This document shows, one piece after another, positions 46,057-55,292 of a stretch of 64,000 bases of DNA. Origin of the DNA: an uncultured Bacteroidales bacterium (lineage in GTDB: Bacteria; Bacteroidota; Bacteroidia; Bacteroidales; UBA10428); assembly GCA_963822145.1 (NCBI GenBank), contig CAWGGG010000004.1, positions 1,659,839-1,723,838 on the forward strand, read 5' to 3'. The position numbers and the translations under genes are program-made. The notes below the pieces were generated by a model, which was not told the origin of the DNA, ran no database searches, and saw only the letters and a list, made by a program, of their open reading frames with translations. Numbering within the stretch: position 1 is the first letter of the stretch; the number at the start of each line of letters is the position of its first letter.

Positions 46057-46097
46057 AAGTTATAATATTCTAACATAAAGTTAGAAATATATAACTT
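46057..46097. promoter_or_regulatory. Imperfect 18-bp inverted repeat, candidate operator of the membrane-protein/XRE operon
   Basis: aagttataatattctaac-ataaa-gttagaaatatataactt. About 15 of 18 arm positions are complementary. It starts 7 nt upstream of ATG 46050. Confidence 0.35.
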
Positions 46098-46136
46098 ATT
46101 ATGCAAGTTTTTTTGCTGTTTTTTTGATCCTTAACG

Positions 46137-46637
46137 TTAAAAAGTTACCGGTTGAAGCAGATCCCACAGATTACCGTACAGGTCTGCAAAGACAGCCAAG
46201 GTACCGTAAGGCTCTTTTTTGGGTTCCCGGACAATTGTAATTCCCTCATCAATAAGTCTCTGGTAGTCATATTCGAAATTATCGGTGAACAGGAAAAGAA
46301 ATACCCTTCCTCCAGCCTGATCTCCCAAAGCAGCAAACTGCCTTTCAGTTACTGCTTTTGCTAGCAACAGGCTGCACGATGCTTCAGCACCTTTCGGAGC
46401 TACCCTGACCCATCGTTTCCCCGCTCCAAGATCCGTATCCTCAAGGAGATCAAAGTCCAGCTTCCGGGTATAAAAAGCTATGGCTTCATCATAATCCTTC
46501 ACCAGTAAAGTGATGCAGGCTATCTTTTGTTTCTTGCTTGTTTTCAAATGGTTAAGGTTCGGTATTATCGCTCTTCTACAAGTTTTCCAAATCGGATCCA
46601 AACAAATAGGTTTTTCCTTTTTCAGCATTAAATTCAA
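46137..46637 (-). CDS. VOC (glyoxalase/bleomycin-resistance/dioxygenase) family protein
   Basis: IACITLLVKDYDEAIAFYTRKLDFDL...RWVRVAP...LLLAKA...FLFLFTDNFEYDYQRL...GITIV.EP...PYG fits the VOC fold. The start is uncertain because the N-terminal ~20 codons overlap the GH95 3' end. Confidence 0.7.
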   Translation of the reverse strand: MNLMLKKEKPICLDPIWKTCRRAIIPNLNHLKTSKKQKIACITLLVKDYDEAIAFYTRKLDFDLLEDTDLGAGKRWVRVAPKGAEASCSLLLAKAVTERQFAALGDQAGGRVFLFLFTDNFEYDYQRLIDEGITIVREPKKEPYGTLAVFADLYGNLWDLLQPVTF

Positions 46638-48960
46638 GGGTTCGCGACTGGTACCTGATTTTGCAGGGTTGATTTTTAAAAGCCTGAATGGTTAGCTGCT
46701 GAAGTTTGCCCGCGGCCCAGGAGATATCCACCTGTATGTTTCCCCTGGCTTTCAATCCCTTAATGGAGCCAGCTTGCCACGATGATGGCAAGGCGGGTAG
46801 CACATGAATAAAGCCATTATGGCTCTGCAGCAGCATTTCGGAAATGCCTGCCGTTCCACCGAAATTGCCGTCGATCTGGAAAGGGGGATGGGTATCGAAC
46901 AGATTGGGCAGGGTGGATTTACCCAGCAGGGCCTGAAGGTGGGTATGGGCTTCGTCACCTTCGAGGAGGCGGGCATAGAAGTTAATGATCCAGGCGCGGC
47001 TCCAACCGGTGTGGCCCCCGCCATTGGCCAGACGATGCTCAATGGTCTTTCCGGCTGCCTCAAAAAGCTCAGTCGTTTCAGGAGTGATCTGCGTCCCGGG
47101 ATGCAGTCCGAACAAATGGGAAATATGCCGGTGACCGGGTTCAGCTTCCTCATACTCCTCAATCCATTCCATGATGGTGCCGTTCTGCCCTACCCGCGTA
47201 GGTGGTAACTTCGCCATGGCCTGTAGCAGTGAATCGGCGAAAGCGGGACTTTCATGCAGTATTTTGGAGGCCTTGATAAAGGCTGTAAAAACCTCCCTGG
47301 CGATCTGAATATCCATGGTGGCCCCATAAGTTAGCTGCATGGGGGTTTTTGTACCTGGCAGATAATAAGCATTCTCCGGTGAATAAGATGGTGCTGTGAC
47401 CAGTTGTCCTTTCTTGTCTGCCATTAAAAAATCCAGCACGAATAGTGCCGATCCTTTCATAATGGGCCAGGCGGTTTCTTTCAGATAGGCGGTATCCCCT
47501 GTATAACAAAAATGATCCCAGAAATGCAGCGACATCCAGGGACCGGCCATGGGAAAGGTACCCCACTGAATGCCATCCATCAGGCCGGTACGTCCAAAAG
47601 GATCTGTGACATGGTGCATGGTCCAGCCCCTGCAGCCATACATATTCCGGGCTGTAATCCTGCCCGGTTCCATAAGCTTCACAAAGAAATCACTCAGGGG
47701 ATCTATAGTTTCCGGTAAATTGCAAACATCGGCCAGCCAATAATTCATCTGCAGGTTAATGTTCGTATGAAAGTCGCTGTTCCAGGGAGCTTCCAGGGAG
47801 TTATTCCATATTCCCTGCAGATTCGCAGGCAAAATTCCGGGTGCCCGCGAGCTGCCCATGAGCAGGTATCGGCCATACTGGAAATAAAGCTCAGTGAGAT
47901 GCAAGTCCTCCCTGCCTTTTCTTACCAGCCGGAGTCGTTCATCAGTGGGTATGGTATCAGCCTCTTCGCGGCAAATACGGAAATCCACCCGGTTGAAAAG
48001 AGCCTGGTGATCGGCGATATGGGATGCTCTTAATTCCCCGTACAGCTTATCTTCCGCCTGATCAATAATCCTGTTGCAGATGCCAACAGGATTGATGCTA
48101 CGATCGAAATTCAGCAGATCCCTGTTGTAATCGGTTGCAGCCGTAATCAGCAGTACCAGGGAAGCGGCATCCCTGACAATCAGTGAACCGCCTTCTGCCC
48201 TTATGGTGCCTCCCTGCGACCTGGCAGTCATCCTGGCAGCAAATCTCATGTGCTCGCCTCCCGGACCGCTTCCGGGATTATCCTGATCCCGGATCTGCCC
48301 CTTCATCTCAAGGGATTCTTCGTATGCGAGGGTTTCAGCGTCCTTTTCACGTTTCAGCGAGAGCCTGGCATCGATTGTACCGTTTTTAGCTTCCAGGTAT
48401 ACGACGATCACATTATCCGGTGCAGAGGCAAAGACTTCCCGGGTGTATTGGACACCACCCTGTTCGTAGATCGTAGTGACAATGCCTGACCTCAGATCAA
48501 GTTCCCTCCGGTAATGCCGGATTTCCGATGTATCCCCTTCAAACGCGATAAACAGATCTCCCAGGGTCTGATAGGAACGGATGTTCGGGGGAGTGCCTAA
48601 TAAATACAGCTTTGAAAGTTCCAATGCCCGGGTGACTTGTCCGTTTAACAGCATCTCTCTGATTTCCGGTAAATGACCCAGCGCTTCCGGATTATTGTTA
48701 TCGATCCGGGAACCTGCCCAAAGGCTTTCTTCATTCAGCTGGATCTGCTCCACGAGGGGTTTGCCGAATACCATGGCCCCCAAACGACCATTGCCCACCG
48801 GGAGTGCTTCTGTCCACTGAACTGCAGGTTGTCCATACCAGAGTTTCAGGGGTTCAATGCCTGTTTCGGCAGCGTGGCACGAAGCAAAAAGCACGTTGAT
48901 AAGGAGAATGATCACCCATGATTTTAAGGTTTGCATAGGATTACGCTTATAATAGTTCAA
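46576..48960 (-). CDS. GH95-family alpha-L-fucosidase
   Basis: LWYGQPAVQWTEALPVGNGRLGAMVFG....QIQLNEESLWAG at the N-terminus, then later NINLQMNYW and HRHISHL. These are characteristic GH95 segments. Confidence 0.88.
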   Translation of the reverse strand: MNYYKRNPMQTLKSWVIILLINVLFASCHAAETGIEPLKLWYGQPAVQWTEALPVGNGRLGAMVFGKPLVEQIQLNEESLWAGSRIDNNNPEALGHLPEIREMLLNGQVTRALELSKLYLLGTPPNIRSYQTLGDLFIAFEGDTSEIRHYRRELDLRSGIVTTIYEQGGVQYTREVFASAPDNVIVVYLEAKNGTIDARLSLKREKDAETLAYEESLEMKGQIRDQDNPGSGPGGEHMRFAARMTARSQGGTIRAEGGSLIVRDAASLVLLITAATDYNRDLLNFDRSINPVGICNRIIDQAEDKLYGELRASHIADHQALFNRVDFRICREEADTIPTDERLRLVRKGREDLHLTELYFQYGRYLLMGSSRAPGILPANLQGIWNNSLEAPWNSDFHTNINLQMNYWLADVCNLPETIDPLSDFFVKLMEPGRITARNMYGCRGWTMHHVTDPFGRTGLMDGIQWGTFPMAGPWMSLHFWDHFCYTGDTAYLKETAWPIMKGSALFVLDFLMADKKGQLVTAPSYSPENAYYLPGTKTPMQLTYGATMDIQIAREVFTAFIKASKILHESPAFADSLLQAMAKLPPTRVGQNGTIMEWIEEYEEAEPGHRHISHLFGLHPGTQITPETTELFEAAGKTIEHRLANGGGHTGWSRAWIINFYARLLEGDEAHTHLQALLGKSTLPNLFDTHPPFQIDGNFGGTAGISEMLLQSHNGFIHVLPALPSSWQAGSIKGLKARGNIQVDISWAAGKLQQLTIQAFKNQPCKIRYQSRTLEFNAEKGKTYLFGSDLENL

Positions 48961-48992
48961 CCGAAATTATTGTAATGTATAAAACATTGATT

Positions 48993-51104
48993 TCATTGTG
49001 TTTTCCAGATGACTGCACCGGCAGATTGAATTGGGTTTGATCCGATTAAAATACTGCTGCCGGGAGGGATCTTAACCGGATAAGGATGATCGGTATAATT
49101 CACGGCTACGAAAAAGCCATCCCGCCATTCCTGGTAAACGCCCCGGGGCAGGTCTTCGATGGTGACTCCCGCCCTCTCATACACCGATCTTACGATATGG
49201 CGTTCGAGTAATCCGTCTGCAGATGCGGTGCCAATGAAGGTAACACTCCCCTTCCCTGCTGTGCGGGTAATAACAGCTGCTTTCCCTGCATAAAACTGGT
49301 CACCATAGGTTGCCAGAACTTCCGTTCCGGGATGGGGTGACAGCACCTCTCCCCAGGTATTCCAGAGAAAATGTTTATTTCCGGATTGTATGGTTCCAAA
49401 TGTATCCGGAACAAGCATGTCGAAGAAATCAATGTCAGCTCCTATCAGTGATCTTATGGGCGCGGCCCATCCCGCCTCATAGAAGTGACCATTCCTGTCC
49501 TTCTGCGCGGTACGGCAGGTCAGGATCAAATGCCCTCCCTGTTCAGCATATTTTTTCCATTTCTGCACCAGAATAGTGTCAGCCAGCTGATAAGCCGGAG
49601 CTATCAGGAAGGGATAATCAGTAAAATCATCCTGTTCCGAAATGAAATCCATGGGTGCTCCGGCCGATTTAACGGCTGATGTATAATTGTTCCGGTGTTT
49701 CCAGGTGTTCCACAGCAGGGTCTGTTTCTGGATGTCCAGATCCCACATCACCTCATGACTCCAGAGTATGGCAGTTTTACGCCCGGCAAGGTCTTCAGGC
49801 ACTTTGGCTGCAGAATCATAAGCCTCCCGTAAATGCTTCATTTCCCTTATGGCCTGAACAAATTCCTTGCCGCCCGCCGAAAGGGTTACGCCATCATTTC
49901 CTACTATACCCTCATGGTACATTTCACTGCCCCGAATGGGATGGCGGAACCGGTAAGTGCACAGGAATGAACATCCGCCTCCAAAAGCCTGCATGATCCA
50001 CATGTGAACCGTGCCCGGCAACAGCTGCGGATTAACTGCTCCCCAGTTAACCTGACCGGGCTGCAGTTCCATCAGTCCGGTTACCCCGTTTACCGACCGG
50101 TAATAATCACAGGCCTCATAGATCCTGTAGGGTATGCCTGTTCTGAAATTATTGCCGCCCAGTTCATTCCTGCCGCTCACCGGGTACATGGTAAAGGTGG
50201 GGAAATCCAGGTGGTCAGATTTCCTGGGATCCGCAGATGTGCTCACATTAATGTAATTGGTGGTGACCCATTGTTCGGGGAGGATGTACTCCCTGAGGAT
50301 ATCAGCCTGCCGGTTCAGAAATCCCGCCGTAACATCCGCTGTAAATCGCTGAAAATCAAGCAGGGCATGGGGACTTAATTTATCTTCCTCATTCATGGCA
50401 GCGTTAGGGATCAGCACCTGCTCAAAACTATCATACCGGGTACTCCAGAAATTTCCTGCCCAGGCAGCATTCAGATGTTCAATGGTGTCGTATTTTGCTT
50501 TAAGCCAGTCCTGGAAGGACGCACGTGCTGCAGGACTGTAATCGGCAGCAGCCAGGGGCTCATTATCGACCTGCCAACCCCAGATGCGTGTATCGCTGCC
50601 ATAATGCTTCGCCATAGCCCTTACAATCTTCTCCACAAATTCCATGTACCGGGGATCGGAAAGGGAGGCATTGGCCCTTATGCCGTGTTCGCGGCGCCTG
50701 CCGTCAGGCCCAACCAGGTAAACTTCGGGATACTTTTCGCCCATCCAGGCTGGCGGACAAAGGGTAGGCGTGCAAAGGATGACCTTTAGTCCCGCTTTTG
50801 AAGCCAGATCAATAGCTTCATCGAGCCAGCCAAACTCATACTTTCCTTCTGCTGGTTCCAGCAAAGCCCAGGAAAATTCAGCGAAGTGGGTGAATTCAAA
50901 TCCAAAATGCGCTATGTTGTTTAGATCACGCTCCCACTGATCGTGTGGCCACTGTTCGGGGTAGTAGAAAACACCGATCTTCATCAGGTCTTTTTTGGGA
51001 AAGAACTGCTGGGCGGATATTTCTCCTGCAACACCCTGCAGCATGGCCACCAATACAATGATCAGGGGTAGGCGCCTGCATTTCCTGTAATCATTCTCAA
51101 GCAT
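48993..51104 (-). CDS. GH42-family beta-galactosidase
   Basis: YYPEQWPHDQWERDLNNIAHFGFEFTHFAEFSWALLEPAEGKYEFGWLDEAIDLASKAGLKVILCTPT..PPAWM and WQVDNEP, plus a C-terminal trimerisation-type domain. Confidence 0.88.
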   Translation of the reverse strand: MLENDYRKCRRLPLIIVLVAMLQGVAGEISAQQFFPKKDLMKIGVFYYPEQWPHDQWERDLNNIAHFGFEFTHFAEFSWALLEPAEGKYEFGWLDEAIDLASKAGLKVILCTPTLCPPAWMGEKYPEVYLVGPDGRRREHGIRANASLSDPRYMEFVEKIVRAMAKHYGSDTRIWGWQVDNEPLAAADYSPAARASFQDWLKAKYDTIEHLNAAWAGNFWSTRYDSFEQVLIPNAAMNEEDKLSPHALLDFQRFTADVTAGFLNRQADILREYILPEQWVTTNYINVSTSADPRKSDHLDFPTFTMYPVSGRNELGGNNFRTGIPYRIYEACDYYRSVNGVTGLMELQPGQVNWGAVNPQLLPGTVHMWIMQAFGGGCSFLCTYRFRHPIRGSEMYHEGIVGNDGVTLSAGGKEFVQAIREMKHLREAYDSAAKVPEDLAGRKTAILWSHEVMWDLDIQKQTLLWNTWKHRNNYTSAVKSAGAPMDFISEQDDFTDYPFLIAPAYQLADTILVQKWKKYAEQGGHLILTCRTAQKDRNGHFYEAGWAAPIRSLIGADIDFFDMLVPDTFGTIQSGNKHFLWNTWGEVLSPHPGTEVLATYGDQFYAGKAAVITRTAGKGSVTFIGTASADGLLERHIVRSVYERAGVTIEDLPRGVYQEWRDGFFVAVNYTDHPYPVKIPPGSSILIGSNPIQSAGAVIWKTQ

Positions 51105-51125
51105 ACATCTGAACTTTAAATATCC

Positions 51126-51920
51126 TCATGCTATCCCACCACCGTCCACCACAATATGGGTGCCGGTGATCCACGATGACATGCTACCGGCGAGGAACAA
51201 AACACTGTATGCTACATCTTCCACACTGCCGATCCTTTCCAGGGGCCTTCCCGTTGCACAGCTTTTCTTGTAATTTTCATCGTATGTCCCGCCCAGCTGT
51301 TCACACTCGCTTTGCAGCATCGGGGTATCAATGTCTCCGGGACATACGGTGTTGACGCGGATGTTATATTTTCCGAAGTCAATGGCCATGGCTCGTGACA
51401 TGTTCAAGGTCCCTCCCTTCATGGCACAGTAGGAAACCGCATTTTCGCCTCCCTTGAGCGACCATCCCGAACCGGTGTTGATAATGCTTCCTCCGCCGTT
51501 CTTAATCATTACGGGTACGGCATACTTGGTCAGCAGGTATTGACCCTTAAGCGAAACGTCGAGGGCCAGGTCCCATTCCTTTGGCTCGAGGTCCACTGCG
51601 TTCTTCCGGACAGCAACTCCCGCATTGTTGAAAAGAACATCGATCCTGCCAAAAGCCTCCACCACCTGTTCAATAGCCTTCCGGCAATCGTCGGCATTCC
51701 TGACATCACAGCGGATGAATATAACTTTTAATCCGGTCTGCTCAAGTTTCTCCGCTGCACTTCGTCCATTCATTTCATTGATGTCGAGAATAGCGACGGA
51801 AGAGCCAAACTCAGCGAGTTTTCTGGCAGTGCCAAAACCTATTCCGGATGCTCCGCCTGAAACAACCGATACTTTTCCTGCGAGGGACAATAATTGGGCT
51901 GCTTGTTCCGGTATGTTCAT
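51126..51920 (-). CDS. Short-chain dehydrogenase/reductase (SDR)
   Basis: Likely start is ATG 51920; the track ORF runs into the upstream gene. Motifs: SGGASGIG cofactor loop, NNAG, YCAMKGG (YxxxK). Confidence 0.88.
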   Translation of the reverse strand: MNIPEQAAQLLSLAGKVSVVSGGASGIGFGTARKLAEFGSSVAILDINEMNGRSAAEKLEQTGLKVIFIRCDVRNADDCRKAIEQVVEAFGRIDVLFNNAGVAVRKNAVDLEPKEWDLALDVSLKGQYLLTKYAVPVMIKNGGGSIINTGSGWSLKGGENAVSYCAMKGGTLNMSRAMAIDFGKYNIRVNTVCPGDIDTPMLQSECEQLGGTYDENYKKSCATGRPLERIGSVEDVAYSVLFLAGSMSSWITGTHIVVDGGGIA

Positions 51921-51963
51921 ATCATGAAAGTTTATCAGATACTGGGGGATAGACGCCTTGAAA

Positions 51964-52848
51964 CTAAAGGGATCGTACAATGGTGTTAATCTGTCGGATA
52001 TGATCGGGAGTAGTACCGCAGCATCCACCGACAATATTGGCCCCGGCCTCGGCAAGTTCCCTGACACGACCTGCCATATCCGAAGGCGACTCCGGGAAGG
52101 TGGTCACCCCATCACAGAATATCGGTAAACCGGCATTGGCATGTATCAGTATAGGAACAGTGGCATGAAACTTCCTGATTTCACGAACGATGCCCACCAT
52201 GTCATCTATGCCGTTCCCGCAATTCGCTCCTATAATGGATGCTCCCTCCCGAATGAGGGCTTCTGTCATCTGAGCGGGAGAGATCCCCATCATGGTGCGG
52301 TATTCACCATTCATGGTTTTTTCAAAAGTCATGGTACAGATCACTTCACAGGCAGTATTTTCAAGAGCAGCACGCACGGCTATCCTGGCTTCTTCAAGAT
52401 CGGTCATGGTCTCAATAACGATGGCATCCGCGCCTCCAGCTGCCAGGGCCATGGATTGTGTTTTAAAGCACTCATAAAGCTGCCCCTCCGTCACTTCTTC
52501 CATGATCAAGAGTTTTCCGGTGGGACCGATTGAACCCAAAACAAAATGATCAGAACCGGCAGCTTTTCTGCTGATTTCCGCGGCGGCTTTATTCAGTTCA
52601 TAAACCTTATCCCCCAGGCCGTAATTCGCCAGCTTGAAATGTGACCCTCCGAAGCTGTTGGTCTCAATCATATCGGCACCGGCTTCAATATAACTCCGGG
52701 CAATGTCAAAAACATCGTCGGGCCGCTGAATATTCCATAACTCCGGACATTCGCCGGGTTTTAATCCTTTCTGATGCAGAAATGTGCCCCAGGCTCCATC
52801 GGAAACCAGGATCTTCCCTTGCTGAATTTTCTCACTAATCTTTTTCAT
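51964..52848 (-). CDS. Homocysteine S-methyltransferase-domain protein (MetH N-terminal-module-like)
   Basis: VSDGAWGT, ETNSFG, GANCG and VGGCCGTTPDHI (Zn-ligand cysteines) are typical of the S-methyl_trans domain. Confidence 0.85.
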   Translation of the reverse strand: MKKISEKIQQGKILVSDGAWGTFLHQKGLKPGECPELWNIQRPDDVFDIARSYIEAGADMIETNSFGGSHFKLANYGLGDKVYELNKAAAEISRKAAGSDHFVLGSIGPTGKLLIMEEVTEGQLYECFKTQSMALAAGGADAIVIETMTDLEEARIAVRAALENTACEVICTMTFEKTMNGEYRTMMGISPAQMTEALIREGASIIGANCGNGIDDMVGIVREIRKFHATVPILIHANAGLPIFCDGVTTFPESPSDMAGRVRELAEAGANIVGGCCGTTPDHIRQINTIVRSL

Positions 52849-52856
52849 GCCTGATG

Positions 52857-53534
52857 TTATATGGTTTGAGGAACTTTTGTATTTAAGAACTCAACAACAC
52901 CTTGAGGATCAGGAGCGTAATAATCAGCACCTATTTTCCTGCAAAAGTCATTGCTGACTGGCGCTCCGCCGATTGTAATTATGGTTCCGGGCAAGGCCTC
53001 CTTGATCTCACGTGTAATGGCCTGCATGTTCATCATGGTGGTGGTCAGCAGTGCCGACAGGCCAACCACGGCACCCGGGTGTTGCTTCGCGGTTTCGATA
53101 AACTTCTCGGCCCGTACATCGGTTCCAAGATCAATTACGTTATAACCGTTCCCCTCCACCATCATGCCAACCAGGTTCTTGCCAATGTCGTGCAGGTCTC
53201 CCATCACGGTACCGATTATAAAGGTCCCTTTCTGCTTTGCCGCCCCTGATAAAAAATAGGGTTTCAGGTGAAGCATGGCCGTACTCATGGCTTTTGCCGA
53301 CATCAGCACCTGTGGAACAAAAATCTTATTTTCGCGGAACTTCACCCCTACACGCTCCATTCCCGGCATCAGGCCTTTAGAAAGGATGTCCTGCGGATTA
53401 ACGCCTTCCTGTAAGGCACGGCGGGTTATTTCATCGGCGCCTTCCTGTCCTTTCATCTGGGGGGGATAGGGGGAGGCCATGTTGATCTTGCCAAACTCAA
53501 TACATTCAGCCAGTTGATTTAATAATTCATTCAT
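52857..53534 (-). CDS. Corrinoid (cobalamin)-binding protein (B12-binding_2 + B12-binding domains)
   Basis: GTVMGDLHDIGKN contains the DxHxxG base-off/His-on motif, with a helical cap domain N-terminal to it. Lies 8 nt upstream of the methyltransferase gene. Confidence 0.85.
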   Translation of the reverse strand: MNELLNQLAECIEFGKINMASPYPPQMKGQEGADEITRRALQEGVNPQDILSKGLMPGMERVGVKFRENKIFVPQVLMSAKAMSTAMLHLKPYFLSGAAKQKGTFIIGTVMGDLHDIGKNLVGMMVEGNGYNVIDLGTDVRAEKFIETAKQHPGAVVGLSALLTTTMMNMQAITREIKEALPGTIITIGGAPVSNDFCRKIGADYYAPDPQGVVEFLNTKVPQTI

Positions 53535-53854
53535 GGATGCATGATTTTGAAAAAGTTCTTCATCAGAAATACCGGGTACATTATCATATATAAACAGTAT
53601 TTTCTTTGATAAAGATATAAAATATTACTTTTTATACTCAATCAACCTTATCAGCCATGATAAACAAAAAGCGTTTATTCAAAATTCCTGAAAACGTCAT
53701 AATACTCCAGCACAGCAATCCACCATATGGGACAGGTCCTGAACCGGAAGCTGAGTCTTCTTGAAATTGCCTGCGCCATTATGTGGCAACTTTTTCAATA
53801 TTTTTTTTATCTTTCTTGTCGATTATTCTGATACACTAACTTTTTTTCTCCGTT

Positions 53855-55060
53855 ATGAAACCAAAGAACAGCATTATTCTGGCATCCATGATGTTCCTCC
53901 AGTATTTCATCTGGGGATCCTGGTATGTAACCACTGCAACCTATATGACGATTTATTTAAAATCAAGCGGTATTCAGATTGGAGCTGTATACAGTGCTAT
54001 AGCCATAGCTACCATGATATCCCCATTTTTCATAGGTATGGTGGCCGACAGGTTCTTTTCCGCACAGCGTCTGATGGGTTTTTTGCATCTGATTGGAAGC
54101 ATTTTGCTTTTCCTGGCTTCGAAAGTGGAAAGCAATACAGGTTTTTATGTAGTGATACTGCTGTATGCCCTGGTGTACATGCCCACTATCGCTTTATCGA
54201 ACAGTGTGGCTTTCAGACAAATGTCGGATCCCGGAAAGCAATTTCCGGTAGTCAGGGTCTTTGGCACAGTTGGTTGGATAATTGCAGGTTATATAATCAC
54301 CCAACTGAATATTGAAAAAACACCGGGTACTTTTTACATGGCCGCATTGGTATCCATCGCCCTGAGTATATTCAGCTTCACCCTGCCTGATACTCCACCC
54401 CTCGGAAAAATCAGCTCTTCAGCAAAATCGGTTTTGGGACTCGATGCCTTGGTTCTTTTCAGGAACAGGCCATATCTCATCTTCTTCATTGCAGCGATTT
54501 TTGTTTGTATTCCCCTGTCGTTCTATTATGGATTTGCCAACCTCTACCTGAACCAGTCGGGGATGACGAATGTGGCTGGTAAAATGAGCCTCGGACAGGT
54601 TTCCGAGGCGGTGTTCATCCTTGCGATACCATTCCTGTTCAACAGCATTGGAGTCAAAAAGATGCTGCTGATCGGCATGCTAGCCTGGATACTGCGGTAC
54701 CTGTGTTTTGCTTTTGGCAATGTAGATGCGAGTTTATGGATGCTGTATACCGGTATCATTTTGCACGGTGTATGTTATGATTTCTTTTTTGTTACCGGGT
54801 ACATGTACACTGAAAAGAAATCGAATGACAAGATAAAAAATGCAGCCCAGGGACTGTTCACCTTCGTAACTTACGGTCTGGGCATGTTCATTGGAACCTG
54901 GTTCTCAGGCTTTGTGACCAGTTATTATACGGTGAACCAGGCATACAACTGGAAGAGTATCTGGTTTGTGCCCACTTATATCGCCGTGGCAGTGCTCATC
55001 TGCTTTATCTTCTTCTTTAAGGAAAAGAAACAGATTGAGGTGGCCGGGGCGGATGGCTAG
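53855..55060 (+). CDS. MFS transporter, nucleoside:H+ symporter (NupG/YegT-like) family
   Basis: 12-TM protein. The N-terminal LASMMFLQYFIWGSWYVT is typical of the Nuc_H_symport family. Confidence 0.7.
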   Translation: MKPKNSIILASMMFLQYFIWGSWYVTTATYMTIYLKSSGIQIGAVYSAIAIATMISPFFIGMVADRFFSAQRLMGFLHLIGSILLFLASKVESNTGFYVVILLYALVYMPTIALSNSVAFRQMSDPGKQFPVVRVFGTVGWIIAGYIITQLNIEKTPGTFYMAALVSIALSIFSFTLPDTPPLGKISSSAKSVLGLDALVLFRNRPYLIFFIAAIFVCIPLSFYYGFANLYLNQSGMTNVAGKMSLGQVSEAVFILAIPFLFNSIGVKKMLLIGMLAWILRYLCFAFGNVDASLWMLYTGIILHGVCYDFFFVTGYMYTEKKSNDKIKNAAQGLFTFVTYGLGMFIGTWFSGFVTSYYTVNQAYNWKSIWFVPTYIAVAVLICFIFFFKEKKQIEVAGADG

Positions 55061-55292
55061 TTGTTTACAGGTAAATGAATTCACCAAGAGGAACATATTC
55101 ACTGCATTTCATCGCTTAATCCTGACCAAACCCTTTCGCAAGTAATGCCATTGCTAAAAGGTGAATCTTCATTCCGGATTAGCAATAATTCAAGAACAAA
55201 AATTAAATTTGAGTGGCAGAGGAATATGAAGTGTTTATAGAGCGGTAATGTATGCTTAGAAACTATATAATTAACTGTATATTATAATCCTT

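Noticed and set aside
53535-53854. Cobalamin riboswitch upstream of the corrinoid-protein gene or of the divergent MFS gene.
   Set aside because: I could not find the conserved B12-box or the GGTG...AATCC / GCCACTG-type core on either strand. The region is mostly AT-rich promoter-like sequence. A covariance-model scan (Rfam Cobalamin) would be decisive.
53761-54315. 184-aa + strand ORF overlapping the start of the MFS transporter gene.
   Set aside because: It is out of frame with, and largely overlapped by, the well-supported 12-TM transporter ORF (53855-55060). Its composition is not protein-like.
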